The notes under the pieces were generated by a model. It was not told the DNA's origin, did not search any database, and worked only from the letters and a program-made list of their open reading frames with translations. DNA of 64,000 nucleotides from an uncultured Chloroflexia bacterium (GTDB taxonomy: Bacteria > Chloroflexota > Limnocylindria > Limnocylindrales > CSP1-4). Positions 19,880 through 28,396 of this stretch are shown piece by piece. Each line of letters starts with the position of its first letter. Position 1 is the stretch's first letter. The position numbers and the translations under genes were made by a program. The stretch is taken from the NCBI GenBank assembly GCA_963813335.1, contig CAWEYL010000003.1, positions 1 through 64,000 of the forward strand, in the 5' to 3' direction.

Positions 19880-21397
19880 CTAGACCCGGACGACCCGGCC
19901 GACGGCCTCGGACAGCGCGGCGCGCGAATCCGGCGTGTCGTGGCGGCCCAGCGGGTCAGGCGAGATCATCCGCTCGCTGATGACCCCGGCGCGGCGCGTG
20001 AAGACCACCGGGTAGATCGCGCCGCTGCCGTCCGCCTCGAGGGTGATCGCCACCGCGTCCGGCCCGCCCGAGTCGAGGACGTGCGCCAACGGCTGGACGC
20101 CGTCGTCGCGCAGGCCGCCGTCCGGATCGGCGGTGAGGACGTGCGCCAGGTAGCCGCGCTGGTGGAACAGCTCGGAGCCGTCGGCCAGCTCGGTCGCCAG
20201 CCAGCCAGCCGCCTTGGCCGGGGCGATCGTCGGCCGCGCCGGTTCGATGCCGAACCGCGTCCGCGCGATGTGGCCCGCCAGGACCCGGGCGTTGTAGCGC
20301 GCCCCATGGACCGCGCCGGAGTTCGCCGGCAGCCCGTGCCGCTGGAGGCCCTTGGCCGCCTGCCCGAGGGTCCCCGCGACGAAGATCCCCTCCACGCTCG
20401 TGCTCTCCCACCACGGGCTGACGACGGGCAGCCCACTCGCCCCGAAGGTTGCGACGCCGAGCGCCGGAAGGTCGAGCAGTGGGGCGACGAACCCGGTCGC
20501 CGAGATGACGTCGTCGGCCTCGACCAGGAGGTCCCCGCCGCCATCGGTGCGTCGCAGGTTGACGGCCAGCGCGCCGTCGGCATGGCGCTCCACGCGGTCG
20601 ATCGCCGCGTCGAGGATCGTGACGCCGCCGCCCAGGACGTTGTCCTCGTAGGGCTGGAGGTAGCGCGCCCGGACGCCGACGAGGGAGTTGGTGTCGACCG
20701 AGAGCTTCGCGTGCGACGGCGAGACCAGCACGAGCTGGCGCGCCCACGGGAGCAGCCCGTTCGCGAGCTCGAAGCCGGAGTTCTGCTTGCCGATGATCAG
20801 AACGCGCCGGCCCGCGTAGGTCTCCGCCGGGCGGACGTCGGCGTAGTGATACGCGTGCTCCATCCCGAGCCCGGGCGGGATGTATGGCTGGGCGACGCCG
20901 ACGGCCATGATCAGCGTCCCGCAGGTGTAGCGGCCGTCGACGGTCTCGACCTCGAAGCGGTCCGCGCCCTCCGGTCCGTCGAGCAACCGCGTCGCCGTCC
21001 AGGCGCAGTCGTAGCGGACCTGGAGCGCGGCCCGGTCCGCGAACGTGACGAGGTTGGCCTCCATCTCGGGGCGAGATGGGAAATACGAGGTCCCGTCCAT
21101 CAGCGTCGGCGCGATCGCCCGGGTCGTCTCCTCGTCGCCGAGCAGGCTGTTCCAGTCGTAGCGCTCGTACGCGCGCGTGCCGCGCTCGACCGGGGCGTAT
21201 GGCTTGGTCCACGACAGCAGCCGCTGGAAGAACGGCCAGCGCCGGAACATCCCGCCCGGCGACGGGTCCGCCGACAGCACCGCGTGTGGCACGCCCAGGG
21301 TCCGCAGCGAGTACGAGACCTGGAGCCCGCCGGGTCCGCTGCCGATGACGATGACCGGATAGGACCCCGGCGGGAACGGGCGCGTCAGCTCCGCCAT
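19880..21397 (-). CDS. FAD/NAD(P)-dependent oxidoreductase, FOXRED2/ERFAD-like
   Basis: IVIGSGPGG (FAD), RYDWNSLL, YFP, VLIIGKQNSGFE (NAD(P)H), ISATGF, FVAGTL. Confidence 0.8.
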   Translation of the reverse strand: MAELTRPFPPGSYPVIVIGSGPGGLQVSYSLRTLGVPHAVLSADPSPGGMFRRWPFFQRLLSWTKPYAPVERGTRAYERYDWNSLLGDEETTRAIAPTLMDGTSYFPSRPEMEANLVTFADRAALQVRYDCAWTATRLLDGPEGADRFEVETVDGRYTCGTLIMAVGVAQPYIPPGLGMEHAYHYADVRPAETYAGRRVLIIGKQNSGFELANGLLPWARQLVLVSPSHAKLSVDTNSLVGVRARYLQPYEDNVLGGGVTILDAAIDRVERHADGALAVNLRRTDGGGDLLVEADDVISATGFVAPLLDLPALGVATFGASGLPVVSPWWESTSVEGIFVAGTLGQAAKGLQRHGLPANSGAVHGARYNARVLAGHIARTRFGIEPARPTIAPAKAAGWLATELADGSELFHQRGYLAHVLTADPDGGLRDDGVQPLAHVLDSGGPDAVAITLEADGSGAIYPVVFTRRAGVISERMISPDPLGRHDTPDSRAALSEAVGRVVRV

Positions 21398-21807
21398 CGG
21401 TTCGCGGCCCGCAGCCGCCGGGCCTGCGCCTGGAGCATCCGGAACATGACCCGCGGGTGGGCGATGAGGAACGCCTCGGTGGACGACGCGGAGAGGACCA
21501 GGCAGCGCATCGGCCGGGTGGCGACGACGTCGGCGATGGGTGTCTCGCCGAGGAGGATCGAGACCTCCCCGAAGAAGTCGCCCCGCCCCAGCCGCGCGCG
21601 TTCCGTGCCGTCGACCACGATGGCCGCCTCGCCGTCGAGGATCACGTGGAACCCGGACCCGCTGATGCCCTGGCGGAGGATGCGCTCGCCTTCGCCGAAG
21701 ACCGCCTCGTCGAAGGTGTGGACGATCCCCTCGAGCTGTGGCGCGGTCAGGTCCGCGAACAGCGCAAAGCCGGCGATCGCATCCGCCAGTTCCTCTCGAG
21801 AGGCCAT
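21385..21807 (-). CDS. stand-alone cyclic nucleotide-binding domain protein (degenerate phosphate-binding cassette)
   Basis: LFADL, ILRQG..GSGFHVILDG, GDFFGEVSILLGETPIA; overlaps the oxidoreductase start by 13 bp. Confidence 0.85.
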   Translation of the reverse strand: MASREELADAIAGFALFADLTAPQLEGIVHTFDEAVFGEGERILRQGISGSGFHVILDGEAAIVVDGTERARLGRGDFFGEVSILLGETPIADVVATRPMRCLVLSASSTEAFLIAHPRVMFRMLQAQARRLRAANRWRS

Positions 21808-21945
21808 ACCGGGCTCCCTTCGACGGCGCGTCATGGAGACGTCGCGTGATGATGGCATCGTGCCAGACCTGCGCGGTTGACGCCCGCCGTCCGTGCGGCG
21901 CAGCATGGCGGTCGAGCCGCCCCCAGACGGCCGTTCGGAGGACGC

Positions 21946-22374
21946 ATGACCCTCACCGCCGATCGTCGCGTCGAGCTGCTGGCCGCGGCCGGGCTCTTCG
22001 CCGAGGTCGACGCCGCCGGGATGGAGCGGATCGCGGCGCGCGCGGTCGAGGTCGAGTTCCCCGCCGACCACGTCATCGCCCGGCAGGGCGAGATCGGCAC
22101 CGGGTTCTTCATGGTCGTCGACGGCGGGGTCCGGGTCGTCCGCGACGGCGAGGTGCTGGCCCGGCTCGGCCCCGGCGAGTTCTTCGGCGAGCTGTCCGTG
22201 CTCGATGGCCGGCCGCGCGTCGCCCAGGTCGTCGCCGACGGTCCCACGACCTGTCTGGCCCTGGCGACCTGGGACTTCGAGGCCGTGCTGCGCGAGGAGC
22301 CCGCCGTCGCGCTGGCCGTCGTGCGGGAGCTGGCGCGCCGGCTGCGCGACGTGACGGAAGCCCGCCATCACTGA
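21946..22374 (+). CDS. stand-alone cyclic nucleotide-binding domain protein (canonical cassette, no HTH)
   Basis: IARQGEIG..FFMVVDG, GEFFGELSVLDGRPRVAQV; GGAGG RBS. Confidence 0.88.
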   Translation: MTLTADRRVELLAAAGLFAEVDAAGMERIAARAVEVEFPADHVIARQGEIGTGFFMVVDGGVRVVRDGEVLARLGPGEFFGELSVLDGRPRVAQVVADGPTTCLALATWDFEAVLREEPAVALAVVRELARRLRDVTEARHH

Positions 22375-22381
22375 CCCGTCG

Positions 22382-25141
22382 ATGACGACCGAGCCCGCCG
22401 CGACACCCGCGCCGGCGCTGCCGACCAACGGCACAGCGACCTTCCTGTTCAGCGACATCGAGGGCTCGACGAGCCTCGAGGAGCGGATCGGGACGACCCG
22501 CTACGCCGAAGTGCGCGAGCGGCACCGGGCGATCCTGCGCGCCGCGTTCTCGGGGCACGGCGGCAGCGAGCAGGGCACCGAGGGCGATTCCTTCTTCGTG
22601 GTCTTCGCCAGCGCCCGCGAGGCGGTCGCTGCTGCGGTCGACGCGCAACGGGCGCTCGCCGCGGAACCGTGGGCCGAGGACGCGCGGGTCGCGGTCAGGA
22701 TGGGCCTCCATTCGGGCGAGGCCGGGATGGCCGGCGGCAGCCTCGTGGGCCTCGACGTCAACCGCGCGGCACGCATCGCCGCGGCCGGCCACGGCGGCCA
22801 GATCCTCGCCTCGGAGGCGACCCGGGGGCTGGTCGCCTCCGCCCTGCCAACCGGCGTCAGCCTGCGCGAGCTTGGCGAGTACCGCCTGCGGGACCTGCTC
22901 GCCCCGGAGCGGATCTACCAGGTGGAGGGCGAGGGGCTCGCGACGGCCTTCCCGAAGCTGCGCACACCGGACGTCCGCCCGAACAACCTGCCGACCCAGC
23001 TGACGACGTTCGTCGGCCGCGACGACGAGCTGGAGGAGGCCCGCCGCCTGTTCGAGACGACCCGGCTGCTCACGATGACCGGGCCGGGCGGGACCGGGAA
23101 GACGCGCCTTTCGCTGCAGCTGGCGACGACCGTCGCCGACGCCTTCCCCGACGGCGTGTTCTTCGTGCCCCTCGAGCCCATCCGCGACCAGATGCTCGTG
23201 GCTCCACGGATCGCGTCCGCGGTGGGCGTGGTCGAAGCCGGCGGCCAGCCGATCTCGGAGACCCTCGAGGCGTGGCTGGCGAACCGGCGCGTGCTCCTCG
23301 TGCTCGACAACTTCGAGCAGGTCGTCGACGCGGGGCCGATCGTCGCCGGTCTCCTGCGGGCCGCGCCGCAGCTCAAGGTCATCGCCACGAGCCGGGCGGC
23401 GCTCCACGTCTCGGGGGAGCAGGAATACCCGGTCCCCGGCCTGCCGACGCCGCCCGATCCGTCGAGCCTCTCCGGTCGGGAGCGCATGCAGCTACCGGGC
23501 GGCGCCCGCGGCCTCGATGCGGCCGCCGTCGGCCAGTACGCGGCGGTCCGCCTCTTCGTCGAGCGGGCGGTCGCCGTCCGGCCGACCTTCAGCGTCACCA
23601 ACGAGAACGCGCCGGCGGTCGCCGCGATCGCCGCCCGGCTGCACGGGATGCCGCTGGCGATCGAGCTCGCGGCCGCCCGCATCAAACTGCTCTCCCCCGA
23701 CGCGATCCTCACACGGCTCGAGCACCAGCTGGACGTCCTGTCGGCCGGCGGCCGGGACCTGCCCGCCCGGCAGCAGACGCTGCGCGGCGCGATCGCGTGG
23801 AGCTACGAGCTGCTCGACGACGGGAGCCGGCAGCTGCTCGACCGGCTGTCCGTCTTCGCCGGGAGCGCCGACGTCGAGTCGGCCGATGCGATCACCGGGC
23901 CGGGCTCAGAGCTGGGCATCGACATCGTCGACGGGCTGATGGCGCTCGCCGACCAGAGCCTGGTCCGCGTCGACGAGACGCCCGACGGCGAGCCGCGGTT
24001 CGTGCTGCTCGAGTCGATCCGCGAATACGCCGAGGAGCGCCTCGAGACGCGAGGTGAGCGCGACCTGATCCTGGCGCGGCACGAGGCGTGGTTCGTGGCC
24101 CTTGCCGAGCAAGCGGCGCAGGAGCTCTCCGGGGACGACCAGCGGCGCTGGCTCGAGCGGCTGGAGCTCGCCCACGACGACATCCGCGCGGTCCTCGATC
24201 GGGTGGTCGCCCGTCCGGACCCGGCCGTGGCGATCGGGCTCGGCTTCACGATGTGGCGCTTCTGGCAGAAGCACGGGCACCTCGGCGAGGCGCGCCGACG
24301 GCTGGACGCCATCGATGCCGCCGCGTGGTCGCACGACGATCCGATGCTCCGCGCCCGTCTGCTCGAGGCGCTGGGTGGCGTCTGCTGGTGGCAGGGCGAC
24401 GTCGCCACGATGCAGCGCCACTACGAGGAGGCGCTCGCGATCTGGGAAGGGATCGGCGACGACCGCGAGCTGGCGAACGCGTACTACAACGCGTCGTTCT
24501 CGTATGCGCTCGGTCCCGACGGGAAGTTCGGGGCCGGCGACCCGGAGGGGCAGGGCGAGGCCTACGTCCGCGCCGCCCTCGAAGCGTTCCGCCGTATCGG
24601 CGATGCGCGCGGCGAGGCGAACGCCCTGTGGGGCCTCGGGACCATGCACTACTTCCAGGGCGACTTCGAGACGAGCGCCGACGAGAACCGCACCTCGCTC
24701 GACCTCTTCCGCGCGGTCGGCGACCGAACGATGGAGAGTTGGGCACGGCACATGCTCAGCCTCTCGCTCATCAGCCAGCAGCGGACCGGGGAGGCCAAGG
24801 TCCACGCCGTCCACGCGGTGCGCCATTTCTACGAGGCCGGCGATGTCGCCGGGCTCTCGCTGACGCTCTACGACCTGTCCTCGATCGCCGTCCAGGAGGG
24901 CGATCTCGAGCGGGCGGCCCGGCTCCGCGGCGCCGCGACCAACCTCGCCAACGAGACCGGCACGACCCTCGGGGTGTTCACGGAGGAGGCGTTCGAGGCA
25001 GCGCGGCTGCGACCGAACGTCCGCGAGCAGATGTCCGTCGCCGAGGTCGAGCGCCTGGGCGCCGAGGGCGCGGCGATGACCCTGGACGAGGCGATCGCTT
25101 ACGCGTTCGAGGGCGCGCCGCCCGACGAGGATGAGGAATGA
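22382..25141 (+). CDS. class III nucleotidyl cyclase + STAND (NB-ARC-like) ATPase + TPR
   Basis: FLFSDIEGST, TEGDSF, VRMGLHSGE, VNRAARI; FVGR, TGPGGTGKTRL, LVLDNFEQV, GMPLAIELAAAR; C-terminal helical repeats. Confidence 0.92.
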   Translation: MTTEPAATPAPALPTNGTATFLFSDIEGSTSLEERIGTTRYAEVRERHRAILRAAFSGHGGSEQGTEGDSFFVVFASAREAVAAAVDAQRALAAEPWAEDARVAVRMGLHSGEAGMAGGSLVGLDVNRAARIAAAGHGGQILASEATRGLVASALPTGVSLRELGEYRLRDLLAPERIYQVEGEGLATAFPKLRTPDVRPNNLPTQLTTFVGRDDELEEARRLFETTRLLTMTGPGGTGKTRLSLQLATTVADAFPDGVFFVPLEPIRDQMLVAPRIASAVGVVEAGGQPISETLEAWLANRRVLLVLDNFEQVVDAGPIVAGLLRAAPQLKVIATSRAALHVSGEQEYPVPGLPTPPDPSSLSGRERMQLPGGARGLDAAAVGQYAAVRLFVERAVAVRPTFSVTNENAPAVAAIAARLHGMPLAIELAAARIKLLSPDAILTRLEHQLDVLSAGGRDLPARQQTLRGAIAWSYELLDDGSRQLLDRLSVFAGSADVESADAITGPGSELGIDIVDGLMALADQSLVRVDETPDGEPRFVLLESIREYAEERLETRGERDLILARHEAWFVALAEQAAQELSGDDQRRWLERLELAHDDIRAVLDRVVARPDPAVAIGLGFTMWRFWQKHGHLGEARRRLDAIDAAAWSHDDPMLRARLLEALGGVCWWQGDVATMQRHYEEALAIWEGIGDDRELANAYYNASFSYALGPDGKFGAGDPEGQGEAYVRAALEAFRRIGDARGEANALWGLGTMHYFQGDFETSADENRTSLDLFRAVGDRTMESWARHMLSLSLISQQRTGEAKVHAVHAVRHFYEAGDVAGLSLTLYDLSSIAVQEGDLERAARLRGAATNLANETGTTLGVFTEEAFEAARLRPNVREQMSVAEVERLGAEGAAMTLDEAIAYAFEGAPPDEDEE

Positions 25142-25212
25142 TCTTCGACAGGGCGGGCCGGCCGCAGCCGATCCAGCTCCTCGGGGCCGCCCTCGGCTAG
25201 ACTGGCGGTCCG

Positions 25213-26049
25213 ATGACGAGCACCTCGACGATCCCGAAGAATCCCGGCCGCCGCGACCTCGGGATGAAGGTCACGCTGCTGTTCCCGGACCGGGAGATCG
25301 TCGAGAAGTCCTACGTCCCGATCGTCTACACGGCGTGCCGGACGTGCTACTCGGAGGAGCCGCCCGAGGAGATCTACCGGCGCGCGGTCGCGGGCGACTT
25401 CGATCCGGTCAAGATGCAGAAGCTCATCTCGTCGGTGATCGAATCCGGGCACGGCTCGACCATCGAGCACATCGTGTTCACGTTCGCCATCACCGGCGTC
25501 TCGCGGACGCTGTCGCACCAGCTCGTCCGGCACCGCGCGGGCGTGGCCTTCGACCAGCAGAGCCAGCGCTACGTCAAGTTCAAGGACCAGGCGACGATGC
25601 TCCCGCACTCGATCGCCGAGGGCGACCCGGTCCTGCGCGAGCGCTACGAGGAGCAGATCGCCGGGTCGCTCGAGCTGTACGGCGACATGCTCCAGGCCGG
25701 CCTCCCCGGCGAGGACGCTCGCTTCGTCTTCCCCAACGCCGCGCGGACCAACCTGGTGATGACGACCAACCTGCGCGCCCTGATCCACATGTCCGGGCTG
25801 CGCCTGTGCACGATGGCCCAGTGGGAGATCCGCCGGCTCTTCCAGCTGGTCCGCCACGAGGTGTTCGGGGTGTCGCCGTTCCTCGGGTCGTTCCTCGCCC
25901 CCAAGTGCGTCGCCCTGGGCTACTGCGACGAGTTCAAGAACCGCGACGAGCACTGCCCGATCCGCCCGCACAAGGACAACGTCCTGGCCGCCTGGGCCGA
26001 GAAGTCCGCCGCGGCCAAGGCCGCCGGCCGGGAGCTGCCCCAGGTCTGA
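25213..26049 (+). CDS. thyX: FAD-dependent thymidylate synthase
   Basis: GHGSTIEH, SHQLVRHRAGVAFDQQSQRY, EDARFVFP, NLRAL, AQWEIR. Confidence 0.93.
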   Translation: MTSTSTIPKNPGRRDLGMKVTLLFPDREIVEKSYVPIVYTACRTCYSEEPPEEIYRRAVAGDFDPVKMQKLISSVIESGHGSTIEHIVFTFAITGVSRTLSHQLVRHRAGVAFDQQSQRYVKFKDQATMLPHSIAEGDPVLRERYEEQIAGSLELYGDMLQAGLPGEDARFVFPNAARTNLVMTTNLRALIHMSGLRLCTMAQWEIRRLFQLVRHEVFGVSPFLGSFLAPKCVALGYCDEFKNRDEHCPIRPHKDNVLAAWAEKSAAAKAAGRELPQV

Positions 26050-26055
26050 CCCGGC

Positions 26056-27160
26056 TCAGGCCGGCGGGACCAGCACCGCCACCGCGCGCGACCGGTCCGG
26101 ATCGAGGAACGCCCCAAGGCGCTCCGCCTCCTCATCGAGTTCCCGCCGCTCCGATGTCGAGAGCACCCGGCCGAGCTCGATGGTCATCGTCGCGTCCTTG
26201 CCCGCCCGGCGCACGCGCCACGCCCCGGCGATCCCGCCGTCGACCAGGATCACGCCCTTCCAGACGAAGTCGCCGCCCCACGACAGCTCTCCTGAGATCC
26301 GCGAGCGGTCGTCGTGCGAGAGGAAGACGTTGTCGTACTGGGGGAGGAAGCGGACCGGGGCCGGCAGGTCGGGGTCCGCGATCGACGCATCGGGCAGATC
26401 GAACAGCTCGCGGCCGGCCTCGTCGCGGTAGGTCACGAGGGTCGGCCGCATCCGCTCGAGGACCGCGCGCACGCCGGTCAGCCACGACCAGGTCCGGACG
26501 TCGGCCGGGGTCGCGGGACCGAAGGCCGCGAGGTAGCGGCGGATCAGGGGTGCCGGGTCGTCGTCGGTGCCCATGGGGACACCGAGCCACGCCTGCGCCG
26601 TCGTGTTCACGGTCCGGCCGGTCTGGCGCCACAGGCCGCGCGGCGGCACCTGGACCAGGGGCAGCAGGATCCGTGCCGCGTAGGCCAGCGAGGCGCGGTC
26701 GCGATCCGGCCAGCGCTTCGCCAGGTCCTCGCCGAGCGCGGCGTGCGATCTTGGCTCGCGCTCGAGCGCTTCGCGGCCGGCCTCGACGACCTCGTCGATA
26801 TCGAGGCCGGCGAGCTGCTTCGCGAACGGCGAGCCTCGCCACACCCGTTCGCGGTTCCCGGCGAGCACCGGCACCATCGCAACGCAATCCGCCGCCGTGA
26901 CGAGGTGCAACGTCCCGCGGAGCAACCCCATCCGGACCGCCTTGCGATGCTCGATGAGGCCGCTCAGCTCGCAGCGGGTCGAACCCGTCGATGCGCGTCC
27001 AAAGGCCGACGTAGGGATCGATCGGCTCCTGCGCCTGGAGCCCCACCAGCCGTTCGATCACCTCGCTGGCCGGCAGGCGCTCCCGGGCCAGCAGACCCTG
27101 CCGCGCGAGGAGCGTCCGGTTGAGGGTGCGCCGGGAGAGGACGGTCCCGCTCCGGGGCAT
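26056..27160 (-). CDS. AlkZ/YcaQ-like winged-helix (HTH_42) DNA glycosylase family; 1-bp frameshift near 26971
   Basis: [17 protein letters not shown] (QxQ motif), [28 protein letters not shown], split over two frames. Confidence 0.85.
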
Positions 27161-27164
27161 CCGG

Positions 27165-28037
27165 TCAGGCGTCCTCGCCCGGCAGGTCGGCAAGGAACCG
27201 ACGGATGACGCGCGCCAGCCGGGGGCCGGCGACAGCGCCAGCCTCCAGGACCTCCTCGTGGGTCAGCGGCTCGCCGCTGTAGCCGGCCCCCGCATTGGTC
27301 ACCAGCGAGACGCCGCACACCTCGAGCCCGACCCAGCGAGCGGCGATGCACTCCAGGACCGTCGACATCCCGATGGCGTGGCCGCCCAGCCCCGCGAACA
27401 TGCGGACCTCGGCCGGGGTCTCGTAGTTGGGGCCGGTCAGGCCGACGTAGACGCCCTCGGCCAGGGCGACGCCCTCGGCGGCCCCGGCGGCGTGCAGTCG
27501 CGCGCGCAGGCGCGGGCTCCACGCGTCGGTCAGGTCGGTGAAGCGCTCGCCGAGCGCGTCCGCGTTGTGGCCGATGAGCGGGTTCTGGCCGGTCAGGTTG
27601 ATGTGATCGGACATCACCATCAGCGTGCCCGGGCCGAACGACGGGTCGAGCCCGCCGGCCGCGTTCGTCAGCACGACCACGGTCGCGCCGAGCGCGTGGA
27701 AGAGCAGCACCGGCTGGATGACCAGCCCCGGATGGTTGCCCTCATAGAGGTGGAACCGGCCCTGGAGCATGACGACCGGCGTCCCGGCCAGGGTGCCGAG
27801 CAGCAGGCGGCCGGCATGCCCCGGAGCGGTCGCGGCGGGCCAGCCCGGCAGGTCCGCGAACGGGATGGCGACCGGGTCCTCGAGGTCGTCGGCGAGGCCG
27901 CCCAGCCCGGAGCCGAGCACGATGCCGACGGCCGGGACCAGCGGCGAGCGCTCGCGGACGGCCGCCACGAGCGCGGCCAGGCGCGCGGGCTGGTCCTCGG
28001 GGGTGATCGGGAGGGTCGGATCGACGGGATCGGACAT
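27165..28037 (-). CDS. punA: purine nucleoside phosphorylase (trimeric family)
   Basis: [52 protein letters not shown]. Confidence 0.93.
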   Translation of the reverse strand: MSDPVDPTLPITPEDQPARLAALVAAVRERSPLVPAVGIVLGSGLGGLADDLEDPVAIPFADLPGWPAATAPGHAGRLLLGTLAGTPVVMLQGRFHLYEGNHPGLVIQPVLLFHALGATVVVLTNAAGGLDPSFGPGTLMVMSDHINLTGQNPLIGHNADALGERFTDLTDAWSPRLRARLHAAGAAEGVALAEGVYVGLTGPNYETPAEVRMFAGLGGHAIGMSTVLECIAARWVGLEVCGVSLVTNAGAGYSGEPLTHEEVLEAGAVAGPRLARVIRRFLADLPGEDA

Positions 28038-28274
28038 GCGGGCCTCCAGGATCGCGTCCAGGGGGTAGACGGCCGAGGCCCGCAGACTTCGTCGGCCCGA
28101 CGGAAGTATCGACACCGGGATGCCGATCACGTCCCGTCGGGCGCGAACCCGCGGGCGGACCGTGGTGAGACAGCCACCCGAGCCGGGCAACGAAGCGCCC
28201 GAAGCGACCGGCGGCGGATCGAAGGTCCTTGATGCGATCTCGGTTCCTGCGTTCCTGTCGGCCCCTTCGGGCAA
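28038..28274 (-). ncRNA. candidate structured 5' leader or ncRNA upstream of PNP
   Basis: Run of hairpins, including GCGGGCCTC...GAGGCCCGC occluding the GGAGG RBS and mutually exclusive CCCGACGGGA/TTCCGTCGGG versus ACTTCCGTCGG/CCGACGAAGT pairings; no known riboswitch motif recognised. Confidence 0.4.
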
Positions 28275-28279
28275 GACCT

Positions 28280-28309
28280 ACGGTAGGGCCGGGCGGTGTG
28301 GACGGTCAA
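28280..28309 (-). promoter_or_regulatory. sigma70-type promoter TTGACC-N18-TACCGT
   Basis: Minus-strand -35 at 28309-28304 and -10 at 28285-28280. Confidence 0.55.
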
Positions 28310-28389
28310 CGCGGTTATCCACCTTTTCCGCCCAAAGGCTCGTTCGCGTATCCACGAGATGGCAACGGCTGTGGACAAGCTGTGGATGA
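28297..28389. promoter_or_regulatory. cluster of five DnaA-box-like 9-mers
   Basis: TGTGGACGG 28297, TTATCCACC 28315, GTATCCACG 28348, TGTGGACAA 28370 (=TTGTCCACA), TGTGGATGA 28381. Confidence 0.65.
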
Positions 28390-28396
28390 ACCCGGC

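Noticed and set aside
28240-28266. tmRNA 5' end (GGGGCCGA on the minus strand)
   Set aside because: No following TTCGAC, tag ORF or tRNA-like 3' end.
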